NCBI GenBank assembly: GCA_964579135.1
Contig: CAZOFD010000004.1
Coordinates: 5,471 to 69,470, forward strand
Source of the DNA: an uncultured Ruminococcus sp.
Lineage (GTDB): Bacteria > Bacillota > Clostridia > Oscillospirales > CAG-272
Reading direction: 5' to 3'
Length of the DNA: 64,000 bases
Shown here: one piece after another, positions 8,588 to 19,395 of the stretch
How positions within the stretch are numbered: position 1 is the first letter of the stretch
Layout: the number at the start of each line of letters is the position of its first letter
Notes under the pieces: generated by a model
Seen by the model: the letters and a program-made list of their open reading frames with translations, nothing else
What the model was told of the DNA's origin: nothing
Database searches by the model: none
Position numbers and translations under genes: made by a program

Positions 8588-10224
8588 ATGCGCGTAAAAA
8601 AAATACTTTCGGGGAGCGTTTCGCTCCCTTTCGCCGCCGAAGAGGCACTTGCTGTCGAGAAAGGGGTAAAAGCCTTTAAAAAGGCAGCCCCCGAACTTTG
8701 CGGCGTGCCCTTCGACGCATACGTCTATCGCAGATCTACGGACGCGCGCCGCAAAGACGAGATCTTTTTCGTATACACCGTCGCGATAGAGGCGCGTGGC
8801 GAGGCGTATTTCGACGCGGATCCCGATAAACTCAGCCGCGCGGGCTTTCGCATATGCCCGAACGATTCGGTCGACGTTGTCTTGGGGAGCGAGCCGCTCT
8901 CCCATCGCCCCGTCGTCGCGGCTCGGGACCTGCGGGGATGTTTTGCGCTCTGCTTTTGGCGGAAAACGGCTACGCGCCGCTGCTTATAGAGCGCGGCGAC
9001 GGTATCGAGAAGCGCGCCGCGACGACGGATGCGTTTTTTGCCGGCGGCGAACTTGACGAGGAGTCGAACGTTATGTTCGGCGCGGGCGGCGCTGGTACGT
9101 TTTCCGACGGAAAACTCGTAACGCGGATAAACGACACGCGCACGTCTTGGGTATTGCGGCGTATGCGCGAATTCGGCGCGCCCGACGATATTACGAAGCT
9201 TGCCAGACCGCACGTGGGCACCGACGTGTTGCGCGGAGTGGTCGACAATATTATGCGCGAGATAGTTCGCCTCGGCGGCGAGGTGCGCTACAGATGCCGC
9301 CTTGACGGTATTGACGAGCGCGACGGCTACGTCGTTGCGCACACGACCCGCGGCGACGTACCGTGCGGAGCCGTCGTTTTGGCACTCGGTCACAGTGCGC
9401 GCGACACGCAAAAGGCACTGCTCGCGAGCGGCTTTGCGCTCGAAGCCAAGCCGTTTTCCGTCGGCGTGCGGATAGAGCACAAGGCAAGCGACGTGGACGC
9501 GGCTCTTTACGGCAAGTATGCCGGCGACCCGAGGCTCGGTCACGCGGAATATAATCTCTCCGACACGAGCGACAAGCGCGGAGTATATTCGTTTTGTATG
9601 TGCCCCGGCGGCGTCGTCGTCGCCTGCTCGAGCGAGCGCGACGGCGTGGTCGTGAACGGTATGAGTTACAGAGCGAGGAGCGGCGAAAATTCGAACTGCG
9701 CGCTTGCCGTCAGCATATTTCCGACGGATTTCGGGTCAACTCCCGAGGGCGCGATAGAATTCCAGCGTTCGATTGAGCGGCGGGCGTTTCGAGCGGCGGG
9801 AGGTTCTTTTGCCGCACCGATTGAAACGGTCGGAGATTTTTTGAGCGGTAAAACGTCGGCATTCGCACAGCCGCAAAGAATATTGCCGTCCTATACGCGC
9901 GGCGAGTACGAAACGTGCGACCTGCGCTCGATATTGCCGACGTACGTATCGAACGGGCTCGATCGCGGTATACGGCGATTCGCGGGCAGGATCCGCGGAT
10001 TTGACGCGCCGAGCGCGATATTGACGGGTGTTGAAACGCGCACGTCGTCCCCGGTAAGGATGCTTCGCGGCGAGGATGGTACGGCTGTCGGTCATAAGCT
10101 CGTTTATCCTTGCGGCGAGGGGGCGGGGTACGCCGGCGGCATCACGAGTGCCGCTGTGGACGGAGTAGCCGTCGCGCTTAATATAATGCGCAGGTTTGCC
10201 CCTTTGCACGGATCTTTAACGTAA
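8588..10224 (+). pseudogene. FAD-dependent oxidoreductase (COG2509-like) interrupted by a 1-nt frameshift near 8915-8921
   Basis: ORF 8588-8989 ends ...SEPLSHRPVV. The +1 frame (ORF 8854-10224) continues GSGPAGMFCALLLAENGYAPLLIERG, which is the GxGxxG Rossmann motif expected directly after that N-domain. Combined length is ~545 aa. Confidence 0.75.
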
Positions 10225-10235
10225 CACGGTAAACA

Positions 10236-12440
10236 ATGAAAAAAAAGATAACGAAAAAATGGGAAATGCGTCCCTCTCGCGTTGACGAGGCGGCGTTGCG
10301 CGAGGTAGCCGACGCTCTCGGCGTTTCGGAGACTTGCGCACGGCTTCTCGTTGCACGCGGCGTAACGGGAGCCGACTCGGCTCGCGCGTTCGCTTCGCGC
10401 AAGCCTTGCGGCGACCGCTCGCCGTGGCTTTTGCCGGATATGCGCGCGGCTGTTGCGAGGATCGAACGCGCCGTTGAGCGCGGCGAGATAATCGCGATAT
10501 ACGGAGATTATGACGTTGACGGAGTCACCGCGGTATGCACGACGTATCTGTACCTCGTTTCGCGCGGCGCGCACGTAGGGTATTATATACCCTCGAGGAG
10601 CGGAGAGGGGTACGGCGTTAATGCCGACGCTGTAAAAAGGCTTGCCGACCGCGGAGTTACGCTGATAATAACGGTCGATACGGGTATAACCGCCGTTGCG
10701 GAAACGGAGTATGCCCGCTCGCTCGGCGTCGATATGGTCATTACCGACCATCACGAATGTCACGGCGAGCTGCCGGCGGCTCTTGCGGTGGTAAACCCGC
10801 ATCGTCCCGACAGCGAATATCCTTTTTGCGAGCTCGCAGGCGTCGGCGTTGCGCTAAAACTCGTATGTGCCCTTGCCGAATCGGATGCCGAAAGGCGAGG
10901 GCTTGACGCCGCCGAGGCGTCGGAGCGCGTTTTCGAAGAATATGCCGACCTTGCGTCGCTCGGCACCGTTGCGGACGTTATGCCGCTTATCGACGAAAAC
11001 CGCGCGATAGTTGCCCGCGGGGCAAAAAGTATAGCCGGGGAAAAGCGAGTCGGAATCACGGCGCTCGTGCGCGCCGCGGGCGGTGATCGTCGCAGAGACG
11101 TATCCGCGACTTTTATAGGCTTCGGTCTCGCGCCGCGCATAAACGCTGCGGGGCGAATGGAAAACGCCTCGCTCGCAGTCGAACTTTTGCTTTGCGACGA
11201 CGAAAACGAGGCGCAAGAGATAGCGCGCGGGCTTTGCGAGATCAACGAAAGACGAAAAGCGGAGGAGAGCGCGGCTGTCGAGGAAGCGACGCGTATGATA
11301 GACGAAGCGGCGGATATTTCGAACGGCGGCGCCGTCGTTCTTGCCTCCGACACGTGGAAAAACGGGATCGTCGGAATCGTCGCTTCGCGAATAACCGAAA
11401 AATACGGTATGCCTACCGTGCTGATAACTTTTGACGGTGCAAACGAGGACGGAGTTCCGCGCCCCGGCGACGTAGGTCGCGGCTCGGGGCGCGGCGTCGA
11501 CGGGATGAATCTTGTCAGCGCACTCTCCGAGTGTTCGGGGCTGCTCGAGCGTTACGGCGGTCACGAGATGGCTGCGGGGCTCAGTATCAGGCGCGAGAAC
11601 GTTGACGAATTTCGTCAAAAACTCGGTGATTACGTAAAAAGCACGTTCGCCGGGGCGGCGTCGTCCGTTACGGTGCTTGTGGACGCGGAAATTCGTCCCG
11701 ACGCTTTGACCCTCGGATTTGCGAGGGAGATATCGGACGTTATGGAACCGTGCGGTGTGGGGAACGAGACGCCGGTGTTTATGCTTAGGAACGCCGAGAT
11801 AGCTTCGATACGGGGCGTCGGCGCAGGCAAGCACACGAAACTCACGCTTTCCGCAGGCGGCAAAAAGTTCGACGCGATGTATTTCGGTATATCGCCCGAA
11901 GAAACGGGATTTTGCGCCGGAGACACGGCGGACGTGATCTTTACCGTCGACGTTAACAAATACGGCGGCAACGAAAAGCTGCAGCTGCTTATAAGCGATA
12001 TGCACGCGTCCTCGCGCGATATCCTCGCGCGAAGTGCGGCGCGAAAGCGCGTTTCGGATATTTTGATGGGCGGAGAGTTCTATGAGGACGAGAACTTTTT
12101 GCCCGACAGGCAGGATCTTGTCAATCTTTATACGCTTGTAAAGGCTGCCGTGGCAGGGGGCGGGTCGCTGACGGACGGTTACGCGCTGTACCTTGTAAAC
12201 ACCAAGTTGCCACTTGAGCGGCGAATAAATTACGTAAAATATAAACTGATGATGAAGATCTTCGAGCAAACGGAGATTTTTGCGATAAAACAGTCGGAAT
12301 ACGTCCCGGACGACGCTGCGGAAAACGGCGAGTTGCCACAGGATATCTCGGATATCGTTCCCGTCGTTCATCGCGAAAAAGTGGATATCGAGGCGTGCGA
12401 ACTTATGAGGCTTTTGAGAAAGAACTGCAAGAGCCGATAA
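10236..12440 (+). CDS. recJ: Single-stranded-DNA-specific exonuclease RecJ
   Basis: DHH-family motifs DYDVDG, TVDTG and ITDHHE, plus the DHHA1 motif GGHEMAAG. Confidence 0.9.
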   Translation: MKKKITKKWEMRPSRVDEAALREVADALGVSETCARLLVARGVTGADSARAFASRKPCGDRSPWLLPDMRAAVARIERAVERGEIIAIYGDYDVDGVTAVCTTYLYLVSRGAHVGYYIPSRSGEGYGVNADAVKRLADRGVTLIITVDTGITAVAETEYARSLGVDMVITDHHECHGELPAALAVVNPHRPDSEYPFCELAGVGVALKLVCALAESDAERRGLDAAEASERVFEEYADLASLGTVADVMPLIDENRAIVARGAKSIAGEKRVGITALVRAAGGDRRRDVSATFIGFGLAPRINAAGRMENASLAVELLLCDDENEAQEIARGLCEINERRKAEESAAVEEATRMIDEAADISNGGAVVLASDTWKNGIVGIVASRITEKYGMPTVLITFDGANEDGVPRPGDVGRGSGRGVDGMNLVSALSECSGLLERYGGHEMAAGLSIRRENVDEFRQKLGDYVKSTFAGAASSVTVLVDAEIRPDALTLGFAREISDVMEPCGVGNETPVFMLRNAEIASIRGVGAGKHTKLTLSAGGKKFDAMYFGISPEETGFCAGDTADVIFTVDVNKYGGNEKLQLLISDMHASSRDILARSAARKRVSDILMGGEFYEDENFLPDRQDLVNLYTLVKAAVAGGGSLTDGYALYLVNTKLPLERRINYVKYKLMMKIFEQTEIFAIKQSEYVPDDAAENGELPQDISDIVPVVHREKVDIEACELMRLLRKNCKSR

Positions 12441-12464
12441 CCATATTTTGCAAAAGGTGATCTT

Positions 12465-14699
12465 ATGTGCGACAAAAATGAAATAAGCGACGTTGTGTCG
12501 GGTACCGAACGGCTTTTCGGCACACTCGTCGGCTCGGGGAAAAAATACAATATCGAAAAGATAAAAAAGGCATACGATTATGCCGCCGCAATGCACGAGG
12601 GGCAATTTCGCGACAGCGGCGAGCCGTATATCTCGCACCCTCTTGCCGTTGCGGAGATAGTGGCGGGGCTCGGGCTTGACACGGATTCCATCTGTGCGGC
12701 GCTCTTGCACGACACCGTGGAGGATTGCGCGGACAAAACCAATCTCGAAGAGATAAGAAAACTTTTCGGCGAAACGGTAGCTATGCTTGTCGACGGGCTG
12801 ACGAAGATAGTTTTTCTTTCGGTGGAGGACAAGGAAGAGGCGCATATCGAAAACCTGCGCAAGATGCTTTTGGCAATGTCGAAAGACATACGAGTTATAT
12901 TTATAAAGCTCTGCGACAGACTCCACAATATGCGCACGCTTAAAGCCAAAAGCGAGGAGAAACAAAGGCTCGTCGCGCATGAAACGATGCAAGTGTACGC
13001 ACCTTTGGCGCATCGTCTCGGTATGCAAAGGGTTAAGCAGGAGCTCGAGAATCTCGGGCTTTATTATCTCGATCCGATAGGATATAACGAGGTGCGCAAC
13101 GATATCGAGCGAAAATACGGCAAAAACCGCGATTTTATCGATAATACGCGCAAACTTGTTTCGGACAAGTTAAAAGAATACGGAATAAACTTTGTTCTCG
13201 AGGGCAGGATCAAGACCGTATACAGCGTCTATAAAAAGATGTACAACCAGAACAAGAGCTTTGACGAGATCTACGATTTTTACGCTTTGCGCGTTATCGT
13301 GGATACGGAGCTCGAGTGTTATACCGCCCTCGGCGTGATTCACGAGACCTTTAACTCGATGCCCGGCAGATTCAAGGACTATATTTCCACGCCGAAATCG
13401 AATATGTACAGCTCGCTCCATACGACCGTTATAGGTCGCGACGGCATACCTTTCGAAGTTCAGATAAGAACGAAAGAGATGCATCGGATAGCCGAATACG
13501 GTGTGGCTGCTCACTGGAAATACAAAAGCGGCGAGCGCGCCGGCGCGGAGATGGACAAGCACCTTGAGTGGATATCCCGCCTTATCGAGACGGAGGACGA
13601 GACTCGCGACCCCGACGAGTTTATGCAGGCAATAAAGACCGACGTTTTCCACGAAGAGACGTACGTTTTTACTCCGCGCGGCGACGTGGTGGCACTGCCT
13701 TACGGCTCGACGGTGATAGATTTCGCTTACGCGATCCATTCCGCGGTCGGAAACAAGATGGTCGGCGCCAAGATCAACGGTACGATAGTTCCGATAGATC
13801 GCGTGCCGCAAAACGGCGAGATAGTGGAGATACTGACCTCGTCCGCGTGCAAGGGTCCGAGCAGAGATTGGCTTAAGATCGTTAAAACGAGCGAGGCCAG
13901 GACCAAGATACGCGCGTGGTTCAAAAAAGAGAAGCGCGAGGACAATATTATCGTCGGCAAGGCGATGATAGAGGCTGAATTCAAAAAGTTCGGCAGAAGC
14001 TACACCGACGCGCAAATGAACGAAATTTGCCTTGCGGTCGGCAAACGCGTCGGATTTATGACCGAAGAGGATATGTATAATACCGTCGGTTACGGCGGTA
14101 TGTCCGTATCGAAGCTTGTGGGCAAATTGCACGACGAATTCGATCGAGTTGTAAAAGCGGAAGAGGCTCCGCCGAAGACGACTTCGCCCGAGAGCGTAAA
14201 GATCTCGAAAAACACGAAGAACGTGAAAACGAACAGCGGCGTGCTGGTTGACGGCGAGGTCGGGTGCGCGGTAAAATTCGCCAAATGTTGCAATCCGCTG
14301 CCGGGCGACGCGATAATCGGCTTTATCACAAAGGGATACGGCATTTCCATACACAAAAAGGATTGCCCGAACGTGCTTGCCGGACTCTCGTCGGAGGAAA
14401 ATCGCTCGCGTTGGGTCAACGCCGAGTGGGAGACGGTCGCCGCCTCCGCCGACATCGGCGTATACGAGGCGCTCGTGCAGATCGTTGCATATAATTCAAT
14501 AACGCTTATTGCGGACGTGACCAACGCGCTTGCGGATATGCGCGTTTCGATATTGCAGATAAACTCGCAAAAAAGGTCGGAGGATACGGTGATGATATCC
14601 GTTAAAGTAGCGTGCAAAAACATCGACCACTATAATTCGATAGTATCGCGTTTGCGCTCGCTTAAAGACGTTACAAGCGTAACGAGAGGTTTTTTATAA
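12465..14699 (+). CDS. relA: Bifunctional (p)ppGpp synthetase/hydrolase Rel
   Basis: HD hydrolase motifs (HPLAVAEI, LLHDTVED), synthetase block (YALRVIV, EVQIRT), TGS domain, and a C-terminal ACT-like domain. Confidence 0.93.
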   Translation: MCDKNEISDVVSGTERLFGTLVGSGKKYNIEKIKKAYDYAAAMHEGQFRDSGEPYISHPLAVAEIVAGLGLDTDSICAALLHDTVEDCADKTNLEEIRKLFGETVAMLVDGLTKIVFLSVEDKEEAHIENLRKMLLAMSKDIRVIFIKLCDRLHNMRTLKAKSEEKQRLVAHETMQVYAPLAHRLGMQRVKQELENLGLYYLDPIGYNEVRNDIERKYGKNRDFIDNTRKLVSDKLKEYGINFVLEGRIKTVYSVYKKMYNQNKSFDEIYDFYALRVIVDTELECYTALGVIHETFNSMPGRFKDYISTPKSNMYSSLHTTVIGRDGIPFEVQIRTKEMHRIAEYGVAAHWKYKSGERAGAEMDKHLEWISRLIETEDETRDPDEFMQAIKTDVFHEETYVFTPRGDVVALPYGSTVIDFAYAIHSAVGNKMVGAKINGTIVPIDRVPQNGEIVEILTSSACKGPSRDWLKIVKTSEARTKIRAWFKKEKREDNIIVGKAMIEAEFKKFGRSYTDAQMNEICLAVGKRVGFMTEEDMYNTVGYGGMSVSKLVGKLHDEFDRVVKAEEAPPKTTSPESVKISKNTKNVKTNSGVLVDGEVGCAVKFAKCCNPLPGDAIIGFITKGYGISIHKKDCPNVLAGLSSEENRSRWVNAEWETVAASADIGVYEALVQIVAYNSITLIADVTNALADMRVSILQINSQKRSEDTVMISVKVACKNIDHYNSIVSRLRSLKDVTSVTRGFL

Positions 14700-15154
14700 T
14701 GATTGCGGTAATACAAAGGGTAGCTCGCGCTTCGGTAAACGTCGGCGAAAGAACGACGGCGGAATGCGGAGAGGGGCTTTTGATACTTCTCGGCGTTGCC
14801 GACAGCGACGACGAGAGCGACGCCGAGGTCTTAGCCGAAAAGATCCCGAAATTGCGTATATTTTCGGACGAAAACGGCAAAATGAATCTTTCGCTGACAG
14901 ACGTCGGCGGCGAGGCGATAGTCGTTTCCAACTTTACGTTGCTGGCGAATTATCGTCACGGCAACAGACCGGATTTTTTCGCTGCGGCAAAGCCCACGCG
15001 CGCCGACGAACTCTATATGCACTTCGTAGCGTGCCTTGAAAAACGCGTTAAACGGGTCGGCACGGGCGAATTCGGGGCGGATATGCTTGTGCATATAGAG
15101 AACAGCGGTCCCGTGACTATGGTGCTGCAAAGCGAAATACTTAAAAAGGGATAA
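14699..15154 (+). CDS. dtd: D-aminoacyl-tRNA deacylase
   Basis: MIAVIQRV... N-terminus, SNFTL and GPVT motifs, ~150 aa. ATG overlaps the rel stop by 1 nt. Conserved relA-dtd order. Confidence 0.9.
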   Translation: MIAVIQRVARASVNVGERTTAECGEGLLILLGVADSDDESDAEVLAEKIPKLRIFSDENGKMNLSLTDVGGEAIVVSNFTLLANYRHGNRPDFFAAAKPTRADELYMHFVACLEKRVKRVGTGEFGADMLVHIENSGPVTMVLQSEILKKG

Positions 15155-15168
15155 AGGATTTTTATAAA

Positions 15169-16653
15169 ATGATTCTTCACATCGACGGCGACATCAACCG
15201 TTACTACGTTCAAATGCTTTCTATGATATTCTTCCCCGGCGCGACGTTTTCGGGAGACGAGGTCGCGGGAGACGAGGTACCCGAACTCTTTTTAAAACTC
15301 GAAAAGACAGACGTCGGCTATCGTGCGAGAACGCGGGTGAACTATTGCGGCGACAGCGCCGAGGCGGAAAGAGAGTGCGAAGCGAGGAGCGATCTGTCGG
15401 ACGAGAGGTGCCGCAAGATAGCTGTCGGCGCGTCTGTCAACGCAGCGCTCGGGAATTTGCTGGAATATCGTCCGTCGTGGGGCATACTCACAGGCGTGCG
15501 CCCCTCAAAAGTTGCGACCGAGATGCTAAACGCGGGGATAAGCAAAACGCGAACGAAAAAGCTCCTAATGCAGGATTACCTGACGTTCCCGAAGAAAGCG
15601 GCATTGGCGGTGGACGTTGCGCTTAACGAGCAAAAAATAATCGGCACGCCCTCCGACAAAGATTGCAGCATATACGTTTCGATACCGTTTTGCCCGTCGC
15701 GCTGCGCGTATTGCTCGTTCGTTTCGTATACGTCGAAGAAACTGCTTTCGCTGATACCGGAATATATCGAGAGGCTCGTTAAAGAACTTCGCGATATATT
15801 CGCGGTCATAAAACGCTACGGTCTGAACGTAAAGACCGTTTATATCGGAGGCGGCACGCCGTCGATACTTGAGCCCGAGCAACTCGAGAGGGTGTTGTCG
15901 ACGATTTGCGAGGGGCTCGGCGACAACGTGCCGGCGGAGTTTACGTTTGAGGCGGGCAGACCCGATACGATAAGCGCGGAAAAACTTGCCGTCGCGAAAA
16001 AGTACGGCGTTCGCCGTATCAGCGTAAATCCGCAAACGCTTTGCCCCGAGGTACTCGAGGGTATAGGGCGCTCGCATACGGTGGAGGATTTTTATCGTGC
16101 TTTCGCGACGGCGCGCGACGTGGGGATCGAGTGCATAAACACCGATCTTATAGCGGGTTTGCCGAACGACACCTTTAACCGCTTTGCCGCGTCTATGGAC
16201 GGCATACTTGCGCTTCGCCCCGAAAATATAACGGTGCATACGTTTTGCGTTAAACGCTCTGCCGCTTGGAGACAAAAAGCGAACGTGTTTTCGATGCGCG
16301 GCGGCGACGCGGGCAAATGCGTCGATTATTCGCAAATCAAAGCGCAACAGTCGGGCTACGTGCCCTACTATATGTATCGCCAAAAAAACACGGTGGGAAA
16401 TTTCGAAAACGTGGGCTTTGCGCTTGAGGGAACCGAGGGGATGTACAACATCTTTATGATGGAGGAGATACATACGATCCTCGCGGCAGGCGCGGGCGCC
16501 GTTACGAAACTTGTAAAGCTCAAGCATTCGAACGATGAAAAAACGGAGATAAAAAGGCTTTTCAACCCGAAATATCCGTACGAATATCTGAGCGCGGACG
16601 ATAACGGCGAGCACGTAGCGGAGATCGACGCTTTTTACAGCCGTATGAACTGA
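15169..16653 (+). CDS. hemZ: Radical SAM protein, HemN/HemZ (oxygen-independent coproporphyrinogen oxidase-like) family
   Basis: CxxxCxxC as CPSRCAYCSF, and GGGTPS. Long HemZ-type N-terminal extension. Confidence 0.75.
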   Translation: MILHIDGDINRYYVQMLSMIFFPGATFSGDEVAGDEVPELFLKLEKTDVGYRARTRVNYCGDSAEAERECEARSDLSDERCRKIAVGASVNAALGNLLEYRPSWGILTGVRPSKVATEMLNAGISKTRTKKLLMQDYLTFPKKAALAVDVALNEQKIIGTPSDKDCSIYVSIPFCPSRCAYCSFVSYTSKKLLSLIPEYIERLVKELRDIFAVIKRYGLNVKTVYIGGGTPSILEPEQLERVLSTICEGLGDNVPAEFTFEAGRPDTISAEKLAVAKKYGVRRISVNPQTLCPEVLEGIGRSHTVEDFYRAFATARDVGIECINTDLIAGLPNDTFNRFAASMDGILALRPENITVHTFCVKRSAAWRQKANVFSMRGGDAGKCVDYSQIKAQQSGYVPYYMYRQKNTVGNFENVGFALEGTEGMYNIFMMEEIHTILAAGAGAVTKLVKLKHSNDEKTEIKRLFNPKYPYEYLSADDNGEHVAEIDAFYSRMN

Positions 16654-16699
16654 TTGCTCGCAACGCCACCTGCTTTTCTATCGGCGAAAGGAGATCTTT

Positions 16700-17590
16700 A
16701 TGAACGTTTCGGGTATACGTGCGCTGTGCACGGTAAAGCGGAGCGATGGGCGCTTTGACCGCGCGATAGACGAGGTCGCGCGCGCGCTCGCGCAAAACGA
16801 CGGCGTTCGCCTTATATTGCTCGAGGGACCGTCTTGCTCGGGGAAGACGACCGCGGCGAAAAAGCTCGCCGCAGCCGCTCGAGGTTACGGCAAGACGCTT
16901 TGCACGATCTCCATTGACGATTTTTTCGTCCCGCGAGAAGAGCTTCTCGCGCGTACGCCGAGCGGCTTCGCGCCCGACCTCGACTCGCCCGCAACCGTGA
17001 ACGCGAAGCTTCTCGGCGAGACCGTTGCCGGTCTTTTGCGCGATGGCGGAGGTCGCGCACGCGTGCCGCACTATGATTTTATAAGCGGCAAGGTAGCCTC
17101 TTGGCACGAGGCGGAACTCGGCGCGGGAGACGTGCTCGTCCTGGAGGGGATACAAGCGTTTTATCCGAACGTACTTGGCGAATTGTCGGCGAGCCCGTCG
17201 CTCAAGCTCTTCATTTGCCCCGAAAAGACGTTGCGAGAGGGCGGGGCGGAGTTTACGCCGAACGATATAAGGCTTATGCGCCGCATAGTGCGGGATCGCC
17301 GCCGTCGCGGCGCGAGTGCCGCGGAAACTTTTTGGTTTTGGGAAAACGTGCGAAAAAACGAAGAAAAATATATTTTTCCGAACGTCGCTCTCGCCGATAT
17401 GCGGATTGATTCGAGTATGGAGTACGACGTTGCCGTGCTAAAGCCGTTCCTTGTCGAAATTTTGGGCGAGGTGCGTCGAGACGATGCGTTTTTTTCTCGT
17501 GCGCGGGCGATGCTTGACTCCGTTGAGCGCGTGAGAGCGATATCTACGGATATCCTTGCCCCCGACTCGCTTTATCACGAATTCGTTTAG
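16700..17590 (+). CDS. Uridine kinase family / P-loop nucleoside kinase-like protein
   Basis: P-loop GPSCSGKTT, then ISIDDFF and VLVLEGI blocks typical of Udk-like kinases. Specificity unknown. Confidence 0.6.
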   Translation: MNVSGIRALCTVKRSDGRFDRAIDEVARALAQNDGVRLILLEGPSCSGKTTAAKKLAAAARGYGKTLCTISIDDFFVPREELLARTPSGFAPDLDSPATVNAKLLGETVAGLLRDGGGRARVPHYDFISGKVASWHEAELGAGDVLVLEGIQAFYPNVLGELSASPSLKLFICPEKTLREGGAEFTPNDIRLMRRIVRDRRRRGASAAETFWFWENVRKNEEKYIFPNVALADMRIDSSMEYDVAVLKPFLVEILGEVRRDDAFFSRARAMLDSVERVRAISTDILAPDSLYHEFV

Positions 17591-17664
17591 AAAATTTCGC
17601 GTTTCGGAATATATTTCGCCGCCCCCGTCATAGGCATAAATAAAACCGACGGGGCGGTGGAAAA

Positions 17665-19395
17665 GTGGAAAGAGATCGAAAAGCGGTGCCGAGCACCGGT
17701 TTCGCAAAGGCGGATGCCGTGACAAGCGCCTCTGCAAGCGGCGGTAAGAAACGCCGTGCGGCGAACGGGAAAAACGGCGGATTTATCGGCGGAGCCTTGC
17801 TGCTTTCCGTTTCGGCGGTAATATGTAAGGCTGTCGGGCTCCTTTTTAAACTTCCTTTGATTCGATACGTCGGCGTCGGAGGGATGAGCTACTTTACAGC
17901 TGCTTATCACGTGTTTTTGCTTTTCGGCGCGTTAACGAACGCGGGACTGCCCGTCGCGCTGTCGGTGATGATATCGAGAAGTATCGGTTGCGGCACTCGA
18001 AAAAATACGCTGCGCATATTCCGCACCGCGTTTGCGTTGTTCGTTTTTATCGGAGCGGTGGGCACGCTTGTCCTTTCGCTCTGCGCCGAGAAGTATTCGT
18101 CGGCGATCGGTCTGCCGTCGGCTGCGTCCTCGGTGCGTGCGATAGCGCCGTCGCTGCTTTTTGCCGCGGTTGCAAGTGCGTTTTGCGGCTTTTTCCAGGG
18201 GCACGAGATTATGGCGCCGAGCGCGATAACGCAACTTATCCAGTCACTCGGCAAACTCGCGTTCGGCGTGGGGTTTGCATACCTTGCGCTGCACTCGGGG
18301 GCGGCGGACGATGCGGTCGCAGCCGCATCCGTTTTCGGCGTAACGCTCGGCGTCGTCGTTTCCGCCGTTTTTGCGTGCTTGAGATACGTTGCTTTCGTCG
18401 CGTGCGTCCCGAAGCAAGGTCGGAGCGGAGAAACACCGCCGCGCAAAGATATACTGACCTCGCTCGGCGCGATAGCTTTGCCGATAACTCTCGGTGCGGC
18501 GATAACAAGCCTTACGAGCCTTGCGGATACGGCTTTTATAACCAACGGACTTGTCGGTGCGGGATATGCCGAGGACGTTGCCCGCGCGGTCTACGGAAGC
18601 TATACGAATCTCGCGGTGCCGCTTTTTAACCTTGTTCCCGCCGTTATATCTCCCGTCGGAACGGCGCTTGTGCCGTCGCTGACGTCGGCGGTGATGCGCA
18701 AAGACGAGGAGATGCAAAAGCGCAGTGCGGATTCGGCGCTGCGGTTTTGCATAGGTCTTGCGTTGCCCGCCGCTATGGGAATGAGCGCTTTTGCCGAGCC
18801 GATCTTGAGTATTGTTTTTTCACACGAGGCGGAGGCGGTAGCCGTTGCGGCGCCCCTGCTTTCGCTTCTTTCGATCTCGGCGCTTTTTTGCTGTCTTATA
18901 ACCGTTACGAACGCCGTGCTTCAATCCTACGGCAAACAGATTTTGCCGATATTGTCGATGCTTTTCGGCGCGGCGGTCAAAATATCGGCGGAGTATATCT
19001 TGCTCGCTTCGCCGGTCGGCGTTTTCGGTGCGCCGATAAGCACGTTTCTTTGCTCGGTAACAGTCGTCGTTTCAAACGCGGTGTTTATCGCGCGCCACAC
19101 TCCGATACGAGTCGGCACGCGAGTTCTTTGGCGAGCGCTCGCCGCCGCGGCGCCGTCGGTGTTTGCGGCAACGCTTTTGCACCTTTATTTGTCGGGGCGT
19201 TCGGTCGCGGTCGACTTTGCGCTTCTGCTATCGGTGGCGCTTGCCGCGCTAAGCTATCTTGTTTTGTCTTTTAAATTCGGAGTTTTTTCTTTGTCAGACG
19301 TGGAAACGTTGCCTCACGGCGAGTCGTTTGCAAACGTTCTCGTAAAGCTCAAGCTCTCGAAACGATCATATAAAACGAAAGGAAAAGTAAAATGA
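17665..19395 (+). CDS. MOP-superfamily flippase (YabM/SpoVB/MurJ-like polysaccharide biosynthesis protein)
   Basis: ~14 hydrophobic helices. Sits upstream of mazG-yabO-yabP-yabQ-divIC, as yabM does in B. subtilis. GTG start at 17665; GTG 17720 is an alternative. Confidence 0.7.
   Translation: MERDRKAVPSTGFAKADAVTSASASGGKKRRAANGKNGGFIGGALLLSVSAVICKAVGLLFKLPLIRYVGVGGMSYFTAAYHVFLLFGALTNAGLPVALSVMISRSIGCGTRKNTLRIFRTAFALFVFIGAVGTLVLSLCAEKYSSAIGLPSAASSVRAIAPSLLFAAVASAFCGFFQGHEIMAPSAITQLIQSLGKLAFGVGFAYLALHSGAADDAVAAASVFGVTLGVVVSAVFACLRYVAFVACVPKQGRSGETPPRKDILTSLGAIALPITLGAAITSLTSLADTAFITNGLVGAGYAEDVARAVYGSYTNLAVPLFNLVPAVISPVGTALVPSLTSAVMRKDEEMQKRSADSALRFCIGLALPAAMGMSAFAEPILSIVFSHEAEAVAVAAPLLSLLSISALFCCLITVTNAVLQSYGKQILPILSMLFGAAVKISAEYILLASPVGVFGAPISTFLCSVTVVVSNAVFIARHTPIRVGTRVLWRALAAAAPSVFAATLLHLYLSGRSVAVDFALLLSVALAALSYLVLSFKFGVFSLSDVETLPHGESFANVLVKLKLSKRSYKTKGKVK

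Noticed and set aside
8588-10224. Treating 8588-8989 and 8854-10224 as two independent overlapping genes, or as programmed frameshifting.
   Set aside because: The two pieces join seamlessly into one flavoprotein at a point just before GxGxxG. The second ORF's apparent N-terminus (MPERFGRRCLGERAALPSPRRR) is out-of-frame read-through of the first. No slippery heptamer or downstream pseudoknot is evident.
17618-17660. Hairpin ccgcccccgtc-18 nt-gacggggcgg between the kinase-like gene and the flippase gene, as a possible terminator.
   Set aside because: One-base bulge, large AT-rich loop and no T-tract on either strand. At best it is a weak pause or stability element, so it is not listed as a feature.
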